Shown one piece after another: positions 9,785-26,333 of a stretch of 64,000 nt of DNA; the first letter of the stretch is position 1, and every line of letters starts with the position of its first letter. Location: NCBI GenBank assembly GCA_905178155.1, contig CAJINV010000010.1, positions 2,116,778 through 2,180,777 on the forward strand, read 5' to 3'. A program made the position numbers and the translations under genes. Source of the DNA: Amoebophrya sp. A120. Lineage: Eukaryota > Protista > Dinoflagellata. The notes beneath the pieces are model-generated. The model was not told the origin of the DNA, searched no databases, and was given only the letters and a program-made list of their open reading frames with translations.

Positions 9785-11686
9785 TCCTGCAGAACTAGTA
9801 GTTTCTTTGTCATCGAAGAGTGATAAGTTTCCGTCGTTCAGACTTTGGAACTCCAAGTACCGACTCACCCCGGTTTGCTATCCTGAGTAAAAGCGTCCCC
9901 ACATCACCACGGAGTCAAGATGGGAAACCTGCTAGACAAATCGGCCAACTTTGGTTGATTCGCATGACAAATTTGTCCTCGTAGCGTTATCCTGTTTAGC
10001 CAGTTCAGCAGCATCACAGATCTAGCATATCATGCTACTTCTAGCATCACACATCCCAAAACACGACTAGAAATCGCTTCTCATGGGGCTTTGCATGAGA
10101 AACTTTCTTGGCATGCAAATTTCTTGCATGACAGCTCTGGGGTGGGGATGTTTATACTCGGAATATTTGCAGAAACAGCTCCACCAACGAACTGTTCGTG
10201 AACATGCAGCGAGGAAGGAGGTCCAGGGAGAACTTGTTTTTCAGCTTCCGGAGTTTCTCCAGTTCGTTTTCAAAACCAACATCTGCTTCCCCGATCTTCG
10301 TGTTGTTGCCTACACCATCAGCGGCGCTTGAGGTGCTACTGCTAGTAGTTTGCTCAGGCTGCTTTTGCTGACCTTCGCAAGACGCTGTCGTTCCATTTTT
10401 CGAGTTCTTATTCTTTTTTCCCTCAATGGAATAAAAATGCCCAAAGGGATTCCAGGTAAATTTCCGGTTCCGGCACAGCTTGTGGTTGGTGTGAAGCAGC
10501 TTCTGTCTCCGTAAATTCGGGTTGTCGTGCCATAATTTTTCTTCTACTTGTTTCTTGTCGTCTTTGTTCTTTTCTACAAGTAATTCTACCGTCGTGGCTC
10601 CACCTGTTTGGTTTCTTTTTAGCTCGTCTTGAAGATCTTCCCCATTGCCTTCATCCACGACTTTGATGTCTGTGCTGGCTCCACCGTCTGCAGCAGTAGA
10701 TGAAAATCTACTTCCCGTGGTCCTCGTCGTGGTCTTCGTGCCATATCCTGAGTAAAAACGTACCCACCCCATAGTCAAGATGGGGATTTCGCAACACAAA
10801 CCTAGAACTTTTGGGAGTCACGCATCACAAGTTGCAGTCCGTAGTGTAGTGCAGGTTCGCAAGGGAAGCCGCATAACAAATCCGTCTCCTTATCCTGTTT
10901 ACAGCATTACAAGTTCCAAAACACGATGGGCAATGTCTCTCATGGGGATGCGCATTACAAATGCTCTTGTGCTTGCAAATCTGCATGACAACTCTGGGGT
11001 GGGGATGTTTTTACATATGATATGCCAGCATCTTTGCTCATCTCCGTTAGTATTTTCTCGCTACTCGGCGTTCTTGTGGAAACCGAGGACCTAGTCGTGT
11101 TGCTGGGGGAGATCACTGGGCCTGGGACTATTTGCTTTGTTGATGTTGAAAATCCTTCAACATCTCCAGCAGCTGCAGAAGTGTTGATGTCGTTATTCCC
11201 CGACGCTCCTGCCTCCACCGCTGTCGCGGCTGAAGAATCTTTCGCCGGTGCTGCTGGCAGATAGCTGACGTCGTACCGGTAGGCAGAGTGCGAGAAGAAA
11301 GAGGCGAAATTCCGAATCGGCTCCTCTTGCGTGATAATCTCGTCGTTGTTCTCGCGCTGTTCGTGAAGATCTTCATTTCTCTTTTTATCGACATCCTCGG
11401 CACGACGGGCACCGTTTTGTTCTATACTCGCTGACGCTGACGCTGCTCCTGATGTAGTTCCTGCATGAGAATAAATCGAAATCGTCTTCGTCTTTGCCCA
11501 CTCTTCCAGCTGTGTCAGGTTCAAGGTCGCCCATGCACCCCCATAAACCGCGTTCGGGTCCAGATGGAGCACCTTCTTCCCCGCTCGCCCCAGGGCGGCG
11601 GCCAACAGACAGTTTGGCAGCCCGGTGCCAACCAGGATGACGTCCACATCCTTTTCCTTCTCCGTGAAGGACGGCGGGGCGGACAT
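9785..11686 (-). CDS. Rab escort protein (REP/GDI family), 5' part; remainder presumably beyond the retrotransposon
   Basis: DVILVGTGLPNCLLAAALGRAGKKVLHLDPNAVYGG; FSLDLLPR; introner removal gives LFLQTGVSRYLEF. Confidence 0.85.
9879..10165. mobile_element. Introner F3
   Basis: TAT..ATA, TSD TTTGC/TTTGC. Confidence 0.85.
10744..11022. mobile_element. Introner F3
   Basis: TSD TGCCA/TGCCA. Confidence 0.85.
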
Positions 11687-12573
11687 TTTTGTCGTGTCTA
11701 TTTCTGGGCTTTGTCCTCTCTACTATACTACACTATTTATTAGCACTTGTAGATTGCGATGTTCGAGTAGTTGGGCCACAGAATACCATCAAACACAAGT
11801 CCATACGGTAAAAAAGATGCGATCGATCGGACGACGATGAGCCATTAGAGGTGGAACCTATATGACTACTTAGATCCCAAATTCTAACCGGTAGAAAGAA
11901 CTAGAAGTAAGATCGGGCGGAGGATCAAAACGAAAAATGTAGTAACACTTCATCTTGAATAAAAAAATGAAAAAGCAGTAGAGCGGAGAAATTTCTTCTC
12001 GCTCGTTCGAGGATCAGATCTATCGTGTGGTCGCTGAAACAAAAGGATCAAAACTCGAAACAAGGATAAAACAAATTCACGACCAAGGCCGCAAGTACTA
12101 GCGGCGAGATAAATTAAAGTGGTGAAACAAGCAAAAAGATCTTTTTTACCGCAATTGTCCTCGCGAATATTAAATGGTCCTACAAATAGCGCGATTTTTC
12201 ATGCGGTCTGATCGGTCATGCTGATCTTCAGCTTGTTGTTTCACACGCGGTTAGGCCAGGATAATTGCTTTAATCACATTTTCAAAGAATTACCAAAATT
12301 TTCGTCGCAACTCGTTACAACAAATCTGCGCTCTTTAACAACTTCATTTGATTTGTTGCTTCTTCATTCGCTAAGTATAATTCGCGTATTGGCAAAAGTT
12401 CCGCTCTTTTCTGTGATTCGTCTCGTCAGATGACCTGTAGAAGTTCCTTGCGTCGTGCCTGAGGGGGCGAAGTTCATTCAATTTTCATTCTAGCTTGTCG
12501 TGTAATATACCAAATTTCTCAGAAGTACCGGAGACATCACGAGCGCATGAACATTTCATGCCGGCGTCGTGCG

Positions 12574-16100
<3,527 letters not shown>

Positions 16101-16824
16101 TGTTCGTATTTCTTTGGCGGGTTCGTAAAAGACCGTAGGGTGGAAGAAGTACAAATTGAAATTCCTCCGAGGCAGAAAGGCGGAATAAGTTTATTACGCT
16201 GTAGCTCCTGCTCCTCTGTGCTCAGTCGTGTGAAGAACGTGAGGAGGACGGATTTGAAGATTCCGCATCACCGTACTATTGTGTAAATATCCTCCAGCTT
16301 TTTTGTTTGAAGCTGAAGGTTGTGAAGAGAACAGAGATGTAGAAGATGCTACGAAAATATTAAACCCTTCTGCAGCTCCTTCACCATGATCTGAAAATAT
16401 TCCCTCGCTTGTCGTACTTGCGTTTTTTCCCGAAGGAAGATGTTGACGGTCGTATCCTTTTTGCAGGGACGAAGAGAAAGCCCCAGCAGTGGTCGTCTAC
16501 CTTTCGTCCTCGTCGTCCCGTACTGTACAAAGTGGTTCCACTTCTGCAACAGCAACTTATGTGCTGGTGGCACGGTGCGGCAAGTGTACTAGAGCCTTCT
16601 CCTAGAACAAGTAGAGCTCTTGTTTCCACCCTGCTCCTGCTCCATCTCCACACAAGCTCAGATGAACAATGTTCGTCCAGATGCAGATCCAACGACCATT
16701 GTTCTACTACTGCGCGGCCTCGTTCACAGTTTTGGATCTAATATCTTCAAGACGTTCAAAAACCGAGGTCCCAGCTCGGTCGTCGTCACGTCGGTCAGCG
16801 GCTCTGGGTGGCCCGTGTCGGTGT

Positions 16825-17090
16825 TATCAAATGCAAAAGCGTCTGAGTCTGGGAGATTCTGAGACTTGTCATGCACGTTTTGCATGAGCCATGATGTCTG
16901 TGATGCATGTCGTAGCATCACAGACTTCTCGAGGGGTTCTTGATGCCTATTAATTTCGCATGACACATGCCCTATCCGCGTAGCAAAAGTTACACTCCCA
17001 TTGCTACTCATGCAATACAAATTTTTTTGGAATCAAAATGCAGCATCACAAGTTGCATTCTTCCAGACCCAGACACTTTTGCATTTCATA
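16825..17090. mobile_element. Introner F1 (host gene unclear)
   Basis: TSD GGTGT/GGTGT. Confidence 0.85.
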
Positions 17091-18377
17091 GGTGTTGCAA
17101 GAAGTTTTTGTCGGATCGAAACTTCACCCAGACACGAAAAAAATTCGCTTGCCGTTGCCGTGCGGCCTGTGCCAGGGGGACGTCATCGTGGTGCTCATTT
17201 CTAAAAAGATGCTCAATTGGGCAGCTTTCAGCAGGGTGGTGGTCGATGGTCTTGATTGATGCTTCAACGAACTACATATTCGGTGTACTAAATCCAAAGA
17301 CGAGGACAAGATTCATGGTAGAGAACAGCTACAAGAGTACTAAAAACTTAGACTTACAGAACGAGAACAATTACACCTTAGACGATCTTATTTTTCGCAT
17401 CGTCACGATCCGTTCTCGGTGACAAAAGCGCAAGAAATGCGAAAAGCTTTTTCGCCCGAAATAAAAGCCACACACCAATTATCAGCGAAAAGACAACTAC
17501 ACACTAGTCCGTCGAAAGAAAACTCCTTCCTTATTCAAAAAACTAGTATGAGATCATGATCCTTCAACTTCACATTCTTCAGAAAATCGTAGTTTATAGA
17601 AAAGCTAAAGATCAGACCGCGCAGCGAATTTTGCAAGCTCGATCGATTTTGGAGGTTGTTCTTTTGATCAATTTAGTAGAAGTAGAATGAAAACGACTAC
17701 ACCGAGTCGTGCTACTTTCACCTGCAGAGACTGCAGGCAGTGTGCAATCTGCGGAGAAAGAGACAACATGATCCGCGATAAGACCAAAACCGGTTATAGT
17801 ACAAAATTTGCCACACCAGCACGAACTTCACGGCCCCCAGGCGGGTCCACAATCAAAACGGACTCAAGCGCTCCTGCTCATCTTGTAGCTTTTCCAAACA
17901 CTGAAAAGCCGAAGAACAACTTCAACTTCTAGTACCCGCACTTTCTCTTTGCTAGAAAGTCTGCGCGCGCACGCACCCCCGCGCTCGCGCATAACGTGCT
18001 TTCGTACATGATTTGCTTTTATGCGAGTCTACATTCATCCTTCCACTTTCTTCGACTCTTTCTCTTCCGTTTATCTCCTGTGCTGCTCTGTAGTCATGTC
18101 CGACTAACTGCGATTTGTCCAGAGTACGATGCTTTTGCGGTGGATACACAGCCGTATGCTTCTTATTTCCTGAACGCGACATGAAAATTTCTTCTCCTGG
18201 GGGGCGGCGTTGCTGGGGCGGCAACGGGTTTTGTAGAAGTAGAAGATCTCAAATTGGGCAAGTACAGCCCCACCTCCTTCGAGGGTGTTGGAAGTCGGCC
18301 CGACGTGGCCGCTTGGCCTTCAAGTCGACGCCGAGGCGCTCCTCCTCCCCTCGCCCTTGTGCGTCAGTAGTGTATCA

Positions 18378-21300
18378 TCAATTGATAAGTTGTAGCTGCT
18401 CCCGCTGTACTTGGAGTGGATCTGGATCCTCGACCCCTTCTGCCTGTGATAGCTGCTGGGGTCCCGCCGCTTCGATTACCTCGTCGTCGTCGTCCATCAC
18501 ACTTCCTGCCATTGCTGCGCCCACCCCCACTGCCGTAGCCGCTGCCCTTGCCGCCCTAGCCGTTGCCTGCCGCACCGTTGCCGCGACCCAGTGAGTCACC
18601 GTCTTCGCATATCACACAGAAAAAAGCAGGCAGGTCACACTCACATCTGTAATGCAAAAATAAATACACAAAAAAATCTGTATTGCATATCCTAAACGGC
18701 ATGCTATGGGGCCGCCCAAGACAAGTTCTTCTTCTTCACTTCTGTGTATTAATTTTTGCATTACAAATCTGACCTGCCTGTCTTTTTCTGCGGGATATCG
18801 CAGTCATCGTTTCAATGCTCTCCCGCACGTCGTCGATTCTTGCGCCAGAAACACGCATATCGAATGCAAAAGTGTCTGGGTCTGGAAGGATGCGAACTTG
18901 TGATGCATAAGTACTTAGATCACACAAAAATGTGTCATGCTTGGACAGCAAAAGGAGCCCTTTTTCCTGTCGCCGACAGAAGGCGTTTGTCATGCGGATT
19001 AGGCATTGGGTAGCCGTCTCAAAAGCTGTGATGCTAGGCCTTGCATGCCTTCTGTGTCAAGCAGACACAGCATCACAAACCTCAGCAATCTTCCAGACCC
19101 AGACATATTTGAATTTGATAACGCATGTCGCTGAACTCCTTGATTTATCCAGTGCAAAAGTATAATCGGAGATTCGTAGTTATTGCATATTTTATTTACA
19201 ACGAACATGACTTAGCATTGCAAAAGCACTTTGTCATCGTCATGCAACTTCTATAGTACGATTGCTTACAAACTTTATTTGCACTGGATAGGATTCCCCG
19301 CTCTCCGTTGGCCTTCACCTCCGTGCCCAGAAAGACGAAAGTCGGTAACTTCCTTATCTCGAAGGTCTATGGGAGTGTCAGGCTCAGGACCGAAATTGAC
19401 AAAGTCGAAAAATATGTAATGCATAAAATGTAGGGCACATAGGGCCTGTTTTGGAGGAGGCAAATGAGTCCGATTGCAAGCCTGTTGAGCCCTACACATG
19501 TACTGCCAGAGTAGCATGGCAGGCGCAGTCTTCTTTGCCCAAACAGCATGACAGACTGGATTCCGGTTCTCCCAAAATTTGTCATGCGCCACTTGCAAAC
19601 TGAGGCTCCCACTGGTATCGATTTTGTGCATCACAAACTATTTCGATTTTGCTGATTTCGGTCCTGACGCTTCCATAAGGTCTGCCCGAGCTGTTTCCCC
19701 AAATCCTCTTTCACTGAAAGTTTCATAAAGCTTATGCATTTTTGCAAAAGTACTTATCACAATCACGACAGCGCTACAGGACCAGTAGTGATTTTTGCAT
19801 GACAAACCTTTGTTTCCAAAAGTAGGAGAACAAAATTTATCACAAAGCGGATTACGAGAATCGTACTTTCACACACACAGGATACAGCAGAAGCGGTCCT
19901 GAAACTCGGCGACATTCGACAACTCTTCAAACAGGGGCCCGCTCCGCTTGCTATGAAAGCGTCAGGTTTGAAATCGACAAAGATGAAGTGCATTCGCATA
20001 CGCACTCCTGCTCTATGCATGAAAATGAAAATAATCCAGGCTGCACACAATGCCTGTCTTGGATTTTCAATAGCAGAAGAGAAGACGTCCTTCCAGTCGT
20101 AGAAATAGCAGGTTGACAAATCGGATTTACATTGCTTCGGAAAGTCAAAGTTGCATGCCATGTGCGAATTACATATTCGGGGTAAAGCTGTAATATCGAT
20201 TTTACCCGTCACATCAAAGTACAACTTCACCGGATTTCGATTTCAACCTTGACGCTTCCATACTTGCAGGGCCCGCACTTCGGGGAAAAAAAGTCGATCA
20301 CAGCTATGCATTGCAACCGTGTCATCTTCTGGGTTTGGAAACTTGTGATGCTGAACTTTAGTTGAGCGAAGCCAGTGGCAGTTCCAGTGCTCGTGTTGGC
20401 TGCAAACATTACACATTAGTTTGCAGAAACAAGCATTCGATTCTCATTCGTACCCCGCATTAGTTAGTACACAGTACCACTGCGTCTATTTTGTGGCACG
20501 TTGACGAAGCAAGCCACTCTTGTTCTGGTGGCCATGCAATACAGATTTGTTCACAGGAAAAATGCAAACGCAGCATTGCAAGTTTCACTTTTCGTTCAGA
20601 CCCAGAGACAAATTTGCACTCGATAACGGTGTACTCGCATTTATTCTTGACGTAGTAGCTCAGGTATCACTCAGGAAAAAGGTCGTAGCACATCAGATTT
20701 GTAAATGCACAGAATGAATACAGATACACCGAACGATCGTTCGAGCGGATCGCTTCTAGCACCATGCTGTGTCTTGAGACGAAAACGAGATGCAGCTGAG
20801 ACTTATTTTTGCACTTCTATGCAAATCTGGTCTGAATATGCTACTTACCTTGTTTCGCTCGGATACCAGGTCCTCTTTGGTTTCCGGCACCATCAGCTGA
20901 TAATTCATTTGGATACGTATTTCTGTTTATTTTAGTTCTTGATGAAATGCACGAGATCAAGAGAAAGTGAAATGAAAAGGTATCAGAATGAGAAAGTGAA
21001 AGGAAAAAGCTCGGTAGTTGTAGAAAGACCATTTGTGGAATTGATATATATATGCATTGCAAAAGTATCGCACTCGTATAAATGCATTACAAATTTTCTC
21101 AGCATGAGAAATGAAATTTGTAATGCTGATTTGCCTTAACAAGATGATTTGTAACGCATGACTGCAATACGAGTACGATACTTTTGCACAGGATAATACA
21201 TCTTTCGTCTTTCCGGTTCGCACTTGTACGAACTTGCCCGGCGGAACAAGATGTTGCTGCTCGGCATATCAAATGCAAACATGTCTGGGTCTGGAAACTT

Positions 21301-22780
21301 GTAATGCTGAGTCGTGATTAGTGAATTCTCTGTAATGCACAGCCAAGCATGTTGAGAAATATTTGCGCTGCTTGGTGTTGCGCTTTCCGCGTGACAGTCT
21401 GCGTTTTGCATGACAAGCAAAAGGGTCTCTTCCTCCTTGGACACGCATCACAAACTCTTCAGTCATGCCAGACAAGCATGACAAACCTTGCATCCTTCCA
21501 GACCCAGACATATTTGCAATGCATGCGGCAGTAGACGACTGTGCATTGTCATCTTGCGAAGAACCCAAAATCTTGTCCTCCTCGGCAGAAAGTAGAACCG
21601 CGCCCGTGTGACTGACGACTGCACTAGTACTTCTTCCAGCAGAAGGTGTGGCTGAAGAAGAAACAGAAGGAGAAGAAGATGCTTTTTCAGTTTTCTGATC
21701 ATCATCATCATCGTCATCTTTCCTCGTCGTGTAGAAATCCGGCGGAAGCTCGATAAAATCAAGATCCTTCTCCTGCTGCAACTCTGCAGATGAACTAGCA
21801 CCTGCTTCATCTCCACCTCCTGTCGAGGGACTTCTTGCAGCTGCGGCCGACGAGTCTCCGTTTCCATCCTCGTCCCCACTCGACGAGTAGTTGTCAGCTC
21901 CGACGAGGACCCCTCCTGCGTTCGACGACGGCACTTCTCTGTCTAGTTCTTGTGCCGTGGTCCTGCTCGCAGATGGCTTCGAGGATGAAATAGCAGTTGT
22001 GTCGACGTAGCTGAGGTCCAAACTGGACGAGGAGACAACCAGGTCGTTGTGGTGGTCGACATCTTTCTGCAACACGGAAGCTCCTGCCCCCGCGGAAGAA
22101 GATGTTGAAGTTCTTGCGTCGAGACCTCCTTCCAAGGCAGAGGATGCGGGCTCTGCAACTGCTGCCGTGGTTGTCGTTCCTTGAACTGCTTCTTGCAACT
22201 TCACGTCGTCCTGAGAAATTGCTGGTGATGAAGCACCAGCAAGGTTGTCTGCAGTGGTACTTTTCCACGAGGACGAGGACGCGGCCATGTTTTTACTCGG
22301 TCCTCTGCTACTACTCGCATCAGCCGTAGTTGTTCTGGAGAACGCTTTTGGTTTTTGTTCTGCTTGCGCCGCGTGTAGTTTTGCCTGGTCATTCGTTGAC
22401 GGTATTACAATGTGGTCTTCGACTGCTTCCTGCGGTTGTTCGTGGTCGGTGTTTTCAGCAGCAACCAAAATCGACGGCGCCGACGTCGCCGGGGGGACGA
22501 GGAAGTTGCTCGTAGACGTTGTATGCACCAAGAAGCCGCACATCACTGCAGCGGTGGCAGACCGCGTGAAGAACATTGTTCCTGGCGTGGAGGTCGTGCG
22601 ATTTCTTATGTTCAACATTTCCGTATGTATTTTTGAGGTTGAAGAAGAGCTTCTACTGTGGCAAGAATACTGTTCCGCCCGATGTGGTTGCTGGCTTGTC
22701 TTTATCCCACTACCGGAACAACAGGGGCTCTGGCCTGCTGGCGATCGCGATCCCGCACGTCTTCCGGATGGAAAGAACAT
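18378..22780 (-). CDS. Thioredoxin-domain protein with long low-complexity N-terminus, about 9 introners
   Basis: Reconstructed AVIDFFSPKCGPCKRSGPLFEELS...TFEIRKLPTFVFL...VSGARIDDVRESIE; start, end and the 20305-21000 exons uncertain. Confidence 0.7.
18610..18797. mobile_element. Introner F4
   Basis: TSD TCGCA/TCGCA. Confidence 0.85.
18858..19120. mobile_element. Introner F1
   Basis: TSD ACGCA/ACGCA. Confidence 0.9.
19146..19290. mobile_element. Introner F2-like
   Basis: TATCCAGTGCAAA perfect IR; TSD TGATT/GGATT. Confidence 0.8.
19368..19677. mobile_element. Introner F5
   Basis: TSD AGGTC/AGGTC. Confidence 0.85.
19733..19884. mobile_element. Introner F2, degenerate
   Basis: TSD AAGCT/CAGCA. 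Confidence 0.75.
19952..20262. mobile_element. Introner F5
   Basis: TSD CTTGC/CTTGC, directly after CGPCK. Confidence 0.85.
21051..21195. mobile_element. Introner F2
   Basis: TSD ATATA/ATACA. Confidence 0.85.
21267..21525. mobile_element. Introner F1
   Basis: TSD CGGCA/CGGCA; one end ATG instead of ATA. Confidence 0.85.
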
Positions 22781-23591
22781 TTTTCTTTTTGCGTGTCAAA
22801 TAAGATATCTGTAATGATACGGTCACCAAAAGATACCACGTAGAAGACGACCTTCACACGTATCCTTCTACGACTTCTTCTTCGAGACACAATCTCGGTG
22901 GCGCACTGGTTCTTTGCAGCCCTTATAGATGCACCAAAACGAATGTCCTATCGCCACACGCGCAATGAACTTCTCTCTTGAAGAAGCGCGCGACTGACTG
23001 TTGTACGTGCTATCTGAGTTGTCGTGTACTTCTACTTCGTAAACTTTTACCCTTTCGAAGAACAAGAGTTTTGCACGCCAAGACCGATATTTAAAGTGGG
23101 AGGTCACCGACAGCCTAGATGATGACCACGGGCCCACTCTCAAGATAGAAACCCCGACGATATAAAATGTCCTTGAAAGCGAGTCGTTTTTATTTTTTCC
23201 TCAGGCAAAAGCCCTGTACCTGAAGATGATTCGTTGATGCTCGATGGTACCACTTTCCCGATAACTACGCCTTCTCTCAATCTTATCTATTCACCCCGGC
23301 GGTGGACCCGTTGCTAAACCAGCCAGGCAACTACTCCGCACTAGGATACAAAATCGTCCCCTGTTATCTGTAGACCAGACAAGACGCGTGAGAACAACTG
23401 CAACGATAGGATTTTGGGTTTGCTAGAATGACGATGAACAGGTAATCCTCGACGGTTTCCGTTTTGATATGCTTTTATTTCACATTTATTTCCTAAGTAA
23501 ATTCATCCCACTCACAGAACAAATTTCTTGTCCTTCTGTAGTGTATCCATGTTGGTCTTCAGGAAGTCTAGCAGAACTTTATTTATCCGTC

Positions 23592-25275
23592 TCAAATCGA
23601 CGCCATGGTATCCATCACGGGTCCGGGCACGAGATTTATCTCTGTCGTCCAGCAACTTTTCGGCTGCTGGTTCAAAAACCAGTATACATTGCAAAAGAAT
23701 CGTACTCGGCTAAATGCATTACAAATTTCCTCAGCATAAGAAATAAAATTTGTAATGCTGATTTGCTCTTAGCAAGATGATTTGTAATGCATGATTGCAA
23801 TACGAGTACGATACTTTTGCACAGCAGGATAACCAGTAGCAGTCCGCAATGTCCGCGGGTGGCAAAAACTGCTCAGCTGGTTTATTCGGCATCCAATCCT
23901 TTGTCTTCGGCATCTGCACCACCCCATCAATGATGGCGTGAAACTATCGTATTGGAAAACGCCCATAGCTGTAATGCAAATCCGCATGCTGGAAATGTTT
24001 CTCATGCGGAGCCCCATAAAAGCCTTCTCTAGTCATGTGTTGGAATTTGTCAGGCTCCAAGCAGCATGATATACTAGATCTGTGATGCTGCTGAGCTAGC
24101 TCAAACACCACTACACTAGCTACGGGTTCAAATTTGTCATGCAAAACAGCCAAAACTTGTGGATTTGTTTAGCCGATTCCCCATCTTGACTATGGGGTCG
24201 TCGTCGTGGGGACGTTTTTACATAGGATAGAAACACGTGAATGTTCTTCGGCCCGAGGTCCCGCGCCAGGGCCTGGGATAACGCGCGCAAGGCGAATTAT
24301 CAAATGCAAAAGTGTCTGGGGCTGGAAGGATGCGAACTTGTGATGCGCATTCCATTTCACATGACACAAAAATCTGTCATGCATGGAAGCCAAAAGCTGC
24401 ACCTTTCTGGCCAGCGAAAGAAGGGTTTTGTCATGCGGATTACGCATTAAGAGACCTTCTAAAAACCTGTGATGCTGGGGCGTGCATGGTAGCCCTTGTG
24501 GGTCATGCCAAAGCTGCATCACAAACCTCTGCATCCCTCCAGACCCAGACACTTTTGCAGTTCATACGAATTTCCCCGGAGCGAATCCCGGGGTGAACGG
24601 CATGCCGCGCCACGAAGCGGTCGCGCCTGGGAGGTCGTGTGATATTAGACTGTCACAGTTTGTCGCCGGTGGAATTTTTGCATAAGAGAGACACAGTAGA
24701 CTAACTTGACTACAGCACTAGATCACACCGCACATCAAAGTGAAACACCAAACCCGAATAAAAGTCGATCTCGAACTCGATGAGGAGACACTAGTATTAC
24801 CAGTGAACCCGATCACCCCGCCTGTCTTTTTCCCCTCCATCAGCGGCACCACGCATTTCGCCAAGTTAAAGGCCCCCTTGCAGTTGACCTGAAGCGACAT
24901 GTCGAACTCTTCTTCCGTTACTTGATCAAACGGCTTGAAAACACCGGCGCCCGCATTGTAGATCGCCGTGTCAATGGTTCCAAATGTCTTCACTACCTCT
25001 GCAACGGTTTGCTTCATCTGAGTCATCTCCACGGCGTCACAGGTGTAGGCTTTGCAAACAGGAGTGGTCGTATTGGTATTAGTATTACCACCCGCTGCTG
25101 CTGCTGCGTTGATCTCTTCTGCCAGTCGTAGCACGTTCCTCTCCGTCCGGGCACACACCGCGACCCGGTAGCCCTCTTTCGCGAATTTCTTCGCGACATG
25201 GTCACCGATGCCCTGGCCCCCAAGGCCGACGACGAGGCAAACTTTGCCCGCGGACGATGCGGTCGTGAAGGCCAT
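23592..25275 (-). CDS. Short-chain dehydrogenase/reductase
   Basis: VVGLGGQGIG, YNAG, FTGATASWRG, GKFALRALSQALARDLGPKNIHVFHAIIDG after removing 3 introners and 1 GT-AG intron. Confidence 0.9.
23683..23831. mobile_element. Introner F2
   Basis: TSD ACCAG/ACCAG. Confidence 0.9.
23945..24229. mobile_element. Introner F3
   Basis: TSD GAAAC/GAAAC. Confidence 0.9.
24298..24566. mobile_element. Introner F1
   Basis: TSD CGAAT/CGAAT. Confidence 0.9.
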
Positions 25276-26333
25276 TTTTTTTTTTTTAACGGTCGCGTAG
25301 CTAGTAGCTGCGCGCGTTTAATGCTTTTGCTTTTCGTTTTCCGGTGCAAAAACGTCCCCGGGGAGGTCTCTAGCTCTACTACGTACTCTCGGGTGGACGT
25401 GGATCTTCCTCTTCGTCATCGTCTCACTTTGGAAGGCCCAGAAATAAAAGTAAAGCCGGCACAGGTCAGCCGGAAATAAGTAACCTGAACCGATGAGGAC
25501 CGAGCACGTTGCACCATCCTGTCGTGGGTACGAGCAGAGCATCTTTTCCTGTTTGAGCAGTCTACTTGGAACGGAGCATGATCCCGGGAAAAGTGCAGCC
25601 GTGTGTGCGGAGGCCCGGTACCCAGTTGAAAACCAGAATCGGAAAGTGTACCTCTCAAGCGCATCTTGAAAATGTGCATCTTCCGTTGTAGAAAATATTT
25701 CCGTACGTTTCTCGTCGTGTGTCGTGTTGTACAACAAAAGAGATTAATTGCGCCCCAAGCTTTTCTAGGAAACTGAAATCATACAAGGCTAAGAGTAAGA
25801 TGAGCATGGGAAAAAGAAAATATGGCTCTTACTAGCAGAATTTACATTTGAGCCGACTGGCAATAAACCAATGTCGTGTGGTAAAACGATGTAGAATCTG
25901 TTGCTTTTCAAAAACAAGCGTAGCAGAAAAGCGCCAACAATACGTCAAAAGCAAAACAATCTGAACAGTTTTTATTACATGCTGTACTAGTGTCCGTAAG
26001 AAATTATGATGCATACAGAAAAACCTGAAAGAATTTTTAGAACTACGATCGCATATTACCGTGTGTGGTAGTTGCAGCTGCATCACCCGCAATGTTTTGC
26101 CTCCCTTAGGATTTGTCCCATCTCCGCTTGTGATCGCGGTACACCTTGACCAACATCCCGAATGCAATATCGTTTGTGAAATTGCCGCCAGTTGTATCCA
26201 TCTCAGCCATCAACTCGCCATGCTACTACTAGCCACGAATAGGGAAAGAACTCGGTTCGTCATCATACAATGTTCTTTGCATGTCAATGTGTTGTGCATG
26301 TCAAATTCATCTTCAAAGAAATAAACGACAATT

